DNA of 64,000 bases from Bugula neritina (lineage: Eukaryota > Animalia > Bryozoa): assembly GCA_964035545.1 (NCBI GenBank), contig CAXIUT010000230.1, positions 434,001 through 498,000 on the forward strand. Reading direction: 5' to 3'. A program made the position numbers and the translations under genes. The notes under the pieces are model-generated. The model had not been told where the DNA came from. It ran no database searches and saw nothing but the letters and a program-made list of their open reading frames with translations. Shown piece after piece: positions 1 through 14,395 of the stretch. Every line of letters starts with the position of its first letter. Position 1 is the first letter of the stretch.

Positions 1-30
1 ACTGAAATACACTGCTACATACTGAAAAAT

Positions 31-3000
31 ACTGCAACACATTGCGACATACGGCAACATACTAAATTACACTGTAACATATTGAAATACACTGCAACAC
101 ATTGAAATATGCTGCAATGTACCGAAATATATGGTAAACTACTGAAATATACTGTCACACATTGAAAAATACTGACACATACTGAAATATACTGCGACAC
201 ATTGCAATATACTGTAACATACTGAAATATGCTGTAGCACACTGAAATACATTGCAACTCACTGAAATATACTGCAACATACTGAAATACACTGTAACAT
301 ATTGAAATATACTGCAACATACTAAAATACACTGCAACATACTACAACATATTGGAAGACACTGCAACACATTGAAATATACTGCAACATACCTAAATAT
401 ACGGTAATATACCAAAATAAACTGTTACACATTGAAAAATACTGCAACATACTGAAATACACTGCAACACACTGAAAAACACTGCAAAATACTGTAACAC
501 ACTGAAATATACTGCAAAATACTGAAATACACTGCTACATACTGAAATATACTGCAACACACTGCAACATACTGCAACATACTAAAATATACTGCAACAT
601 ACTGAAATACACTGCAAAATAGTGAAATACACTGTAACATACTGAAATATATTGCAACATACTGAAGTACACTCCTACATACTGAAATATACTGCAACTC
701 ACTGCAACAAACTCCAACATACTAAAATACACTGTAACATATTGAAATACACTGCAACACATTGAAATATACTGCAAAATACTGAAATACACTGCTACAC
801 ACTGAACTATACTGCAACACACGGCAACATACTGCAACATACTAAAATATACTGCAACATACTGAAATACACTGCAAAATACTGAAATACACTGTAACAT
901 ACTGAAATATACTGCAACATACTGAAATATACTGCTACATACTGAAATATACTGCAACACACTGCAACATACTGCAACATACTAAAATACACTGTAACAT
1001 AATGAAATACACTGCAACACATTGAAATATACTGCAAAATACTGAAATACACTGCTATATACTGAAATATACTGCAACACACTGCAACATACTGCAACAT
1101 ACTAAAATATACTGCAACATACTGAAATACACTGCAAAATACTGAAATACACTGTAACATACTGAAATATACTGCAACATACTGAAATACACTGCTACAT
1201 ACTGAAATATACGGCAACACACTGCAACATACTGAAACATACTAAAATACACTGTAACATACTGAAATACACTGCAAAATACTACAAAATTTTGAAATAC
1301 ACTGCAATACATTGAAATATACTGCAACATACCTAAATATACGGTAACATACTGAAATATACTGTAACACATTGAAAAATACTACAAAATACTGAAATAC
1401 ACTGCAACATACTACAACATACTGAAATACGTTGTAATACATTGAATATACTGCAAGATACCTAAATATGCGGTAATATACTGAAATAAACTATAACACA
1501 TTGAAAATACTGCAACATATTGAAATACACTGCAACACACCGAAATATACTGCAAAATAAAACAACATACTGAAATACACTGTAACATATTGAAATACAC
1601 TGTAACACATTGAAATATACTGCAACATACCGAGATATATTGTAAACTACTGAAATATACTGTAACACATTGAAAAATGCTGCAACATACTGAAATTTAC
1701 TGCGACACATTGCAATATACTGTAACATACTGAAATATGCTGTAGCACACTGAAATACACTGCAACTCACTGAGATATACTGCAAAATACTGAAATACAC
1801 TAAAACATATTGAAAAATACTGCAACATACTGAAATACACTGTAACATACTGAAATACACTGCAAAATACTACAACATATTGAAATACACTGCAACATAC
1901 CTAAATATACGGTAAGAAACTGAAATATACTATAACACATTAAAAAGTACAGCAACATACTGAAAGATACTGTAACATAATGAAACACACTGCAACATAC
2001 TGCATTATACTGACATACACTGGAACATAATGAAATACACTGCAACAAATTGAAGTATACTGCAACACACCGAAACATACGGCAACATACTGAAATATAC
2101 TGCGACAGATTGAAATGTACAGCAACATACTGAAACATACTGCGACACATTGCAATATACTGCAACATACTGAAATACGCGGTAATATATTGAAATACAC
2201 TGCAACACATTGAAATATACTGTAACTCGCTGAAATATAGTGTAATATACGGAAATGTACTGTAACATACTGGAATATACTGTAACACACTGAAGTATAC
2301 TGCAACATACTGAAATGCAGTGCTACATACTGAAATATACTGCAACATACTGCAACATACTGAAATACACTGTAACATACTGAAATACACTGCAACATAC
2401 TACAACATACTGAAATACACTGCTACATACTGAAATATACTACTACATACTGCAACATTTGGCAACATACTGAAATATACTGCGACACATTGCAGTATAC
2501 TGAAACATACTGAAATATGCTGTAGCACACTGAAATACACTGCAACTCACTGAAATATACTGCAACATACTGAAATACACTGTGACATACTGAAATATAC
2601 TGCGACATACTGCACCATACTGAAATACACTGTAACATACTGAAATACACTGCAACACATTGAAATATACTGCAAAATACTGAAATATACTGCTACATAC
2701 TGAAATATACTGCAACACACTGCAACATACTGCAACATACTGAAATATACTGCGACACATTGCAATATATTCTAACATACTGAAATACAGTGCTACATAC
2801 TGAAATATACTGCAACATACCGAAATACACTGTAACATGTTGAAATATACTGCAACATACCTAAATATACGGTAATATACCAAAATATACTGTAACATAA
2901 TGAAAAATACTGCAACATACTGAAATACACTTCAACACACTGAAAAACACTGCAAAATACTGTAACACACTGAAATATACTGCAAAACACTGAAATACAC

Positions 3001-4864
3001 TGCTACATACCGAAATATACTGCAACACAGTGCAACATACTGCAACATACTAAAATATACTGCAACATACTGAAATACACTGCAAAATACTGAAATACAC
3101 TGTAACATACTGAAATACACTGCAAAATACTCCAACATACTGAAATACACTGCTACATACTGAAATATACTACTACATACTGCAACATTTGGCAACATAC
3201 TGAAATATACTGCGACACATTGCAGTATACTGAAACATACTGAAATATGCTGTAGCACATTGAAACATACTGCAAAATACTGAAATACACTGCTACATAC
3301 TGAAATATACTGCAACACACTGCAACATACTGCAACATACTGAAATATACTGCGACACATTGCAATATATTCTAACATACTGAAATACAGTGCTACATAC
3401 TGAGATATACTGCAACATACCGAAATACACTGTAACATGTTGAAATATACTGCAACATACCTAAATATACGGTAATATACCAAAATATACTGTAACACAT
3501 TGAAAAATACTGCAACATACTGAAATACACTGCAACCTCTGAAAAAAACACTGCAAAATACTGTAACACACTCAAATATACTGCAAGACACCGAAATACA
3601 CTGCTACATACTGAAACATACTGCAACACACTGCAACATACTGCAACATACTAAAATATACTGCAACATACTGAAATACACTGCAAAATACTGAAATACA
3701 CTGTAACATACTGAAATATACTGAAATACACTGGAACATATTGAAATACACTGCAACAAATTGAAGTATACTGCAACATACTGAAATACACTTCAACACA
3801 CTGAAAAACACTGCAATATACTGTAACATACTGAAATATGCCGTAGCACACTGAAATACACTGCAACTCACTGAAATATACTGCAACATACTGAAATACA
3901 CTGTAACATATTGAAATGTACTGCAACATACTGCAACATACTGAAATACACTGGAACATATTGAAATACACTGCAACAAATTGAAGTATACTGCAACACA
4001 CTGAAACACACTGAAATACACCGCAAAACACTACAACATACTGAAACATACTGCAACATACTGAAATACACTACTACATACTGAAATATACTGCAACATA
4101 CTGCACCATACTGAAATACACTGTAACATACTGAAATACACTGCAACATAATACAACATTTTGAAATACACTGCAACACATTGAAATATACTGCAACATA
4201 CCTAAATATACGGTAATATACCAAAATATACTGTAACATAATGAAATATGCTGTAGCACATTGAAATACACTGCAACTCACTGAAATATACTGCAACATA
4301 CTGAAACACAGTGCTACATACTGAAATATACTGCAACATACTGCAACATACTGAAATACACCCTAACATACTGAAATTCACTGCAACATACTACAACATT
4401 TTGAAATACACTGCAACACATTGAAATATACTGCAACATACCTAAATATACGGTAATATACCAAAATATACTGTAACATAATGAAAAATACTGCAACATA
4501 CTGAAATACACTTCAACACACTGAAAAACACTGCAAAATACTGTAACACACTGAAATATACTGCAAAACACTGAAATACACTGCAACACATTAAAATATA
4601 CTGCAACATACTGAAACATACTGCAACATACTGAAATATTGTGCGACACAATAAAATATACTGCAACATATTGAAATATACTGTAACATACTGCAACATA
4701 CTAAAATACACTGCAACATACTGAAATACACTGCAAAATACTGAAATACACTGTAACATACTGAAATACACTGCAAAATACTCCAACATACTGAAATACA
4801 CTGCTACATACTGAAATATACTACTACATACTGCAACATTTGGCAACATACTGAAATATACTGC
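31..4864. repeat. Left macro-repeat, copy 1 (period 6269 bp to copy 2)
   Basis: Near-identical to 6300-11133. ORF-track offsets are constant at 6269 (155/6424, 1800/8069, 2932/9201, 4314/10583). Confidence 0.93.
501..1290. repeat. Old diverged 260-bp (140+120) sub-repeat, about 3 copies
   Basis: ACTGCTACAT-type marker monomers lie at 531, 671, 791, 931, 1051 and 1191 (spacing 140/120/140/120/140). Each is followed by an A monomer, a run of about three B-type monomers, then ACTAAAATAY. Confidence 0.8.
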
Positions 4865-6299
4865 AACATACTGAAATACACTGCAAAATACTGAAATACA
4901 CTGTAACATACTGAAATATACTGCGACACATTGCAATATACGGTAACAAACTGAAATATGCCGTAGCACACTGAAATACACTGCAACTCACTGAAATATA
5001 CTGCAACATACTGAAATACACTGTAACATATTGAAATGTACTGCAACATACTGCAACATACTGAAATACACTGGAACATATTGAAATACACTGCAACAAA
5101 TTGAAGTATACTGCAACACACTGTAACACACTGAAATACACCGCAAAACACTACAACATACTGAAACATACTGCAACATACTGAAATACACTACTACATA
5201 CTGAAAAATACTGCAACATACTGCACCATACTGAAATACACTGTAACATACTGAAATACACTGCAACATAATACAACATTTTGAAATACACTGCAACACA
5301 TTGAAATATACTGCAACATACCTAAATATACGGTAATATACCAAAATATACTGTAACATAATGAAATATGCTGTAGCACATTGAAATACACTGCAACTCA
5401 CTGAAATATACTGCAACATACTGAAACACAGTGCTACATACTGAAATATTCTGCAACATACTGCAACATACTGAAATACACTGTAACATACTGAAATTCA
5501 CTGCAACATACTACAACATTTTGAAATACACTGCAACACATTGAAATATACTGCAACATACCTAAATATACGGTAATATACCAAAATATACTGTAACATA
5601 ATGAAAAATACTGCAACATACTGAAATACACTTCAACACACTGAAAAACACTGCAAAATACTGTAACACACTGAAATATACTGCAAAACACTGAAATACA
5701 CTGCTACATACCAAAATATACTGCAACGCAGTGCAACATACTGCAACATACTAAAATATACTGCAACATGCTGAAATACACTGCAAAATACTGAATAACA
5801 CTGTAACATACTGAAATACACTGCAAAATACTACAACATATTGAAATACACTGCAATACATTGAAATATACTGCAACATACCTAAATATAGGGTAATATA
5901 CTGAAATGTACTGTAACACATTGAAAAATACTGCAAAATACTGAAATACACTGCAACATACTACAACATACTGAAATACGCTGTAATACATTGAAATACA
6001 CTGCAACACATTGAAATATACTGTAACTCGCTGAAACATACTGTAACTCACTGAAATATAGTGTAATATACGGAAATGTACTGTAAAATACTGGAATATA
6101 CTGTAACACACTGAAATATACTGCAACATAATGAAATACACTGTAATATACTGAAATACACTACAACATCCCGCAACATATTGAAATACACTGCAGCACA
6201 CTGCAACATACTGCAACATACTAAAATATACTGCAACATACTGAAATACCTTGCAAAACACTGAAATACACTGTAACATACTGAAATATACTGCAAAAT

Positions 6300-9200
6300 A
6301 CTGCAACACATTGCGACATACGGCAACATACTAAATTACACTGTAACATATTGAAATACACTGCAACACATTGAAATATGCTGCAATGTACCGAAATATA
6401 TGGTAAACTACTGAAATATACTGTCACACATTGAAAAATACTGACACATACTGAAATATACTGCGACACATTGCAATATACTGTAACATACTGAAATATG
6501 CTGTAGCACACTGAAATACATTGCAACTCACTGAAATATACTGCAACATACTGAAATACACTGTAACATATTGAAATATACTGCAACATACTAAAATACA
6601 CTGCAACATACTACAACATATTGGAAGACACTGCAACACATTGAAATATACTGCAACATACCTAAATATACGGTAATATACCAAAATAAACTGTTACACA
6701 TTGAAAAATACTGCAACATACTGAAATACACTGCAACACACTGAAAAACACTGCAAAATACTGTAACACACTGAAATATACTGCAAAATACTGAAATACA
6801 CTGCTACATACTGAAATATACTGCAACACACTGCAACATACTGCAACATACTAAAATATACTGCAACATACTGAAATACACTGCAAAATAGTGAAATACA
6901 CTGTAACATACTGAAATATATTGCAACATACTGAAGTACACTCCTACATACTGAAATATACTGCAACTCACTGCAACAAACTCCAACATACTAAAATACA
7001 CTGTAACATATTGAAATACACTGCAACACATTGAAATATACTGCAAAATACTGAAATACACTGCTACACACTGAACTATACTGCAACACACGGCAACATA
7101 CTGCAACATACTAAAATATACTGCAACATACTGAAATACACTGCAAAATACTGAAATACACTGTAACATACTGAAATATACTGCAACATACTGAAATATA
7201 CTGCTACATACTGAAATATACTGCAACACACTGCAACATACTGCAACATACTAAAATACACTGTAACATAATGAAATACACTGCAACACATTGAAATATA
7301 CTGCAAAATACTGAAATACACTGCTATATACTGAAATATACTGCAACACACTGCAACATACTGCAACATACTAAAATATACTGCAACATACTGAAATACA
7401 CTGCAAAATACTGAAATACACTGTAACATACTGAAATATACTGCAACATACTGAAATACACTGCTACATACTGAAATATACGGCAACACACTGCAACATA
7501 CTGAAACATACTAAAATACACTGTAACATACTGAAATACACTGCAAAATACTACAAAATTTTGAAACACACTGCAATACATTGAAATATACTGCAACATA
7601 CCTAAATATACGGTAACATACTGAAATATACTGTAACACATTGAAAAATACTACAAAATACTGAAATACACTGCAACATACTACAACATACTGAAATACG
7701 TTGTAATACATTGAATATACTGCAAGATACCTAAATATGCGGTAATATACTGAAATAAACTATAATACATTGAAAATACTGCAACATACTGAAATACACT
7801 GCAACACACCGAAATATACTGCAAAATAAAACAACATACTGAAATACACTGTAACATATTGAAATACACTGTAACACATTGAAATATACTGCAACATACC
7901 GAGATATATTGTAAACTACTGAAATATACTGTAACACATTGAAAAATGCTGCAACATACTGAAATTTACTGCGACACATTGCAATATACTGTAACATACT
8001 GAAATATGCTGTAGCACACTGAAATACACTGCAACTCACTGAGATATACTGCAAAATACTGAAATACACTAAAACATATTGAAAAATACTGCAACATACT
8101 GAAATACACTGTAACATACTGAAATACACTGCAAAATACTACAACATATTGAAATACACTGCAACATACCTAAATATACGGTAAGAAACTGAAATATACT
8201 GTAACACATTAAAAAGTACAGCAACATACTGAAAGATACTGTAACATAATGAAACACACTGCAACATACTGCATTATACTGACATACACTGGAACATAAT
8301 GAAATACACTGCAACAAATTGAAGTATACTGCAACACACCGAAACATACGGCAACATACTGAAATATACTGCGACAGATTGAAATGTACAGCAACATACT
8401 GAAACATACTGCGACACATTGCAATATACTGCAACATACTGAAATACGCGGTAATATATTGAAATACACTGCAACACATTGAAATATACTGTAACTCGCT
8501 GAAATATAGTGTAATATACGGAAATGTACTGTAACATACTGGAATATACTGTAACACACTGAAGTATACTGCAACATACTGAAATGCAGTGCTACATACT
8601 GAAATATACTGCAACATACTGCAACATACTGAAATACACTGTAACATACTGAAATACACTGCAACATACTACAACATACTGAAATACACTGCTACATACT
8701 GAAATATACTACTACATACTGCAACATTTGGCAACATACTGAAATATACTGCGACACATTGCAGTATACTGAAACATACTGAAATATGCTGTAGCACACT
8801 GAAATACACTGCAACTCACTGAAATATACTGCAACATACTGAAATACACTGTGACATACTGAAATATACTGCGACATACTGCACCATACTGAAATACACT
8901 GTAACATACTGAAATACACTGCAACACATTGAAATATACTGCAAAATACTGAAATATACTGCTACATACTGAAATATACTGCAACACACTGCAACATACT
9001 GCAACATACTGAAATATACTGCGACACATTGCAATATATTCTAACATACTGAAATACAGTGCTACATACTGAAATATACTGCAACATACCGAAATACACT
9101 GTAACATGTTGAAATATACTGCAACATACCTAAATATACGGTAATATACCAAAATATACTGTAACATAATGAAAAATACTGCAACATACTGAAATACACT

Positions 9201-11133
9201 TCAACACACTGAAAAACACTGCAAAATACTGTAACACACTGAAATATACTGCAAAACACTGAAATACACTGCTACATACCAAAATATACTGCAACACAGT
9301 GCAACATACTGCAACATACTAAAATATACTGCAACATACTGAAATACACTGCAAAATACTGAAATACACTGTAACATACTGAAATACACTGCAAAATACT
9401 CCAACATACTGAAATACACTGCTACATACTGAAATATACTACTACATACTGCAACATTTGGCAACATACTGAAATATACTGCGACACATTGCAGTATACT
9501 GAAACATACTGAAATATGCTGTAGCACATTGAAATATACTGCAAAATACTGAAATACACTGCTACATACTGAAATATACTGCAACACACTGCAACATACT
9601 GCAACATACTGAAATATACTGCGACACATTGCAATATATTCTAACATACTGAAATACAGTGCTACATACTGAAATATACTGCAACATACCGAAATACACT
9701 GTAACATGTTGAAATATATTGCAACATACCTAAATATACGGTAATATACCAAAATATACTGTAACACATTGAAAAATACTGCAACATACTGAAATACACT
9801 GCAACCTCTGAAAAAAACACTGCAAAATACTGTAACACACTCAAATATACTGCAAGACACCGAAATACACTGCTACATACTGAAACATACTGCAACACAC
9901 TGCAACATACTGCAACATACTAAAATATACTGCAACATACTGAAATACACTGCAAAATACTGAAATACACTGTAACATACTGAAATATACTGAAATACAC
10001 TGGAACATATTGAAATACACTGCAACAAATTGAAGTATACTGCAACATACTGAAATACACTTCAACACACTGAAAAACACTGCAATATACTGTAACATAC
10101 TGAAATATGCCGTAGCACACTGAAATACACTGCAACTCACTGAAATATACTGCAACATACTGAAATACACTGTAACATATTGAAATGTACTGCAACATAC
10201 TGCAACATACTGAAATACACTGGAACATATTGAAATACACTGCAACAAATTGAAGTATACTGCAACACACTGAAACACACTGAAATACACCGCAAAACAC
10301 TACAACATACTGAAACATACTGCAACATACTGAAATACACTACTACATACTGAAATATACTGCAACATACTGCACCATACTGAAATACACTGTAACATAC
10401 TGAAATACACTGCAACATAATACAACATTTTGAAATACACTGCAACACATTGAAATATACTGCAACATACCTAAATATACGGTAATATACCAAAATATAC
10501 TGTAACATAATGAAATATGCTGTAGCACATTGAAATACACTGCAACTCACTGAAATATACTGCAACATACTGAAACACAGTGCTACATACTGAAATATAC
10601 TGCAACATACTGCAACATACTGAAATACACCCTAACATACTGAAATTCACTGCAACATACTACAACATTTTGAAATACACTGCAACACATTGAAATATAC
10701 TGCAACATACCTAAATATACGGTAATATACCAAAATATACTGTAACATAATGAAAAATACTGCAACATACTGAAATACACTTCAACACACTGAAAAACAC
10801 TGCAAAATACTGTAACACACTGAAATATACTGCAAAACACTGAAATACACTGCAACACATTAAAATATACTGCAACATACTGAAACATACTGCAACATAC
10901 TGAAATATTGTGCGACACAATAAAATATACTGCAACATATTGAAATATACTGTAACATACTGCAACATACTAAAATACACTGCAACATACTGAAATACAC
11001 TGCAAAATACTGAAATACACTGTAACATACTGAAATACACTGCAAAATACTCCAACATACTGAAATACACTGCTACATACTGAAATATACTACTACATAC
11101 TGCAACATTTGGCAACATACTGAAATATACTGC
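6300..11133. repeat. Left macro-repeat, copy 2
   Basis: Matches 31-4864 with scattered substitutions. In addition, about 4940-6280 matches about 11870-13210 at offset 6928. Confidence 0.93.
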
Positions 11134-12210
11134 GACACATTGCAGTATACTGAAACATACTGAAATATGCTGTAGCACACTGAAATACACTGCAACTCAC
11201 TGAAATATACTGCAACATACTGAAATACACTGTGACATACTGAAATATACTGCGACGTACTGCACCATACTGAAATACACTGTAACATACTGAAATACAC
11301 TGCAACACATTGAAATATACTGCAAAATACTGAAATACACTGCTACATACTGAAATATACTGCAACACACTGCAACATACGGCAACATACTGAAATATAC
11401 TGCGACACATTGCAATATATTCTAACATACTGAAATACAGTGCTACATACTGAAATATACTGCAACATACCGAAATACACTGTAACATGTTGAAATATAC
11501 TGCAACATACCTAAATATACGGTAATATACCAAAATATACTGTAACACATTGAAAAATACTGCAACATACTGAAATACACTGCAACCTCTGAAAAACACT
11601 GCAAAATACTGTAACACACTCAAATATACTGCAAAACACCGAAATACACTGCTACATACTGAAATATACTGCAACACACTGCAACATACTGCAACATACT
11701 AAAATATACTGCAACATACTGAAATACACTGCAAAATACTGAAATACACTGTAACATACTGAAATATACTGAAATACACTGGAACATATTGAAATACACT
11801 GCAACAAATTGAAGTATACTGCAACATACTGAAATACACTTCAACACACTGAAAAACACTGCAATATACTGTAACATACTGAAATATGCCGTAGCACACT
11901 GAAATACACTGCAACTCACTGAAATATACTGCAACATACTGAAATACACTGTAACATATTGAAATGTACTGCAACATACTGCAACATACTGAAATACACT
12001 GGAACATATTGAAATACACTGCAACAAATTGAAGTATACTGCAACACACTGAAACACACTGAAATACACCGCAAAACACTACAACATACTGAAACATACT
12101 GCAACATACTGAAATACACTACTACATACTGAAATATACTGCAACATACTGCACCATACTGAAATACACTGTAACATACCGAAATACACTGCAACATAAT
12201 ACAACATTTT

Positions 12211-14395
12211 GAAATACACTGCAACACATTGAAATATACTGCAACATACCTAAATATACGGTAATATACCAAAATATACTGTAACATAATGAAATATGCT
12301 GTAGCACATTGAAATACACTGCAACTCACTGAAATATACTGCAACATACTGAAACACAGTGCTACATACTGAAATATACTGCAACATACTGCAACATACT
12401 GAAATACACTGTAACATACTGAAATTCACTGCAACATACGACAACATTTTGAAATACACTGCAACACATTGAAATATACTGCAACATACCTAAATATACG
12501 GTAATATACCAAAATATACTGTAACATAATGAAAAATACTGCAACATACTGAAATACACTTCAACACACTGAAAAACACTGCAAAATACTGTAACACACT
12601 GAAATATACTGCAAAACACTGAAATACACTGCTACATACCAAAATATACTGCAACGCAGTGCAACATACTGCAACATACTAAAATATACTGCAACATGCT
12701 GAAATACACTGCAAAATACTGAATAACACTGTAACATACTGAAATACACTGCAAAATACTACAACATATTGAAATACACTGCAATACATTGAAATATACT
12801 GCAACATACCTAAATATAGGGTAATATACTGAAATATACTGTAACACATTGAAAAATACTGCAAAATACTGAAATACACTGCAACATACTACAACATACT
12901 GAAATACGCTGTAATACATTGAAATACACTGCAACACATTGAAATATACTGTAACTCGCTGAAACATACTGTAACTCACTGAAATATAGTGTAATATACG
13001 GAAATGTACTGTAAAATACTGGAATATACTGTAACACACTGAAATATACTGCAACATAATGAAATACACTGTAATATACTGAAATACACTACAACATCCC
13101 GCAACATATTGAAATACACTGCAGCACACTGCAACATACTGCAACATACTAAAATATACTGCAACATACTGAAATACCTTGCAAAACACTGAAATACACT
13201 GTAACATACTGAAATACACTGCAACACATTGAAATATACTGCAAAATACTGAAATACACTGCTACATACTGAAATATACTGCAACACACTGCAACATACG
13301 GCAACATACTGAAATATACTGCGACACATTGCAATATATTCTAACATACTGAAATACAGTGCTACATACTGAAATATACTGCAACATACCGAAATACACT
13401 GCAACACATTGAAATATACTGCAACATACCTAAATATACGGTAGTATACCAAAATATACTGTAACATAATGAAATATGCTGTAGCACATTGAAATACACT
13501 GCAACTCACTGAAATATACTGCAACATACTGAAACACAGTGCTACATACTGAAATATACTGCAACATACTGCAACATACTGAAATACACTGTAACATACT
13601 GAAATTCACTGCAACATACTACAACATTTTGAAATACACTGCAACACATTGAAATATACTGCAACATACCTAAATATACGGTAATATACCAAAATATACT
13701 GTAACAAAATGAAAAATACTGCAACATACTGAAATACACTTCAACACACTGAAAAACACTGCAAAATACTGTAACACACTGAAATATACTGCAAAACACT
13801 GAAATACACTGCTACATACCAAAATATACTGCAACGCAGTGCAACATACTGCAACATACTAAAATATACTGCAACATGCTGAAATACACTGCAAAATACT
13901 GAATAACACTGTAACATACTGAAATACACTGCAAAATACTACAACATATTGAAATACACTGCAATACATTGAAATATACTGCAACATACCTAAATATAGG
14001 GTAATATACTGAAATATACTGTAACACATTGAAAAATACTGCAAAATACTGAAATACACTGCAACATACTACAACATACTGAAATACGCTGTAATACATT
14101 GAAATACACTGCAACACATTGAAATATACTGTAACTCGCTGAAACATACTGTAACTCACTGAAATATAGTGTAATATACGGAAATGTACTGTAAAATACT
14201 GGAATATACTGTAACACACTGAAATATACTGCAACATAATGAAATACACTGTAATATACTGAAATACACTACAACATCCCGCAACATATTGAAATACACT
14301 GCAGCACACTGCAACATACTGCAACATACTAAAATATACTGCAACATACTGAAATACCTTGCAAAACACTGAAATACACTGTAACATACTGAAAT
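12211..14395. repeat. About 1.0 kb segment duplicated at period 1180 bp (12211-13215 and 13391-14395)
   Basis: ORF offsets are 12362/13542, 12632/13812 and 12976/14156. Rare variants GCAACGCAGT, GAATAACAC, ACAACATCCC and GAAATACCTT recur at +1180. Confidence 0.9.

Noticed and set aside
397-413. Hairpin, terminator or promoter calls from GGTA-ATA-TACC, TGCA palindromes and TATA-like words
   Set aside because: The stems are only 4 bp and the words are intrinsic to the repeat. There is no associated gene.
1900-2330. Embedded transposon or unique insertion in the most diverged block
   Set aside because: The block still parses into in-phase decamers with substitutions only. There are no terminal repeats, target-site duplications or foreign sequence.
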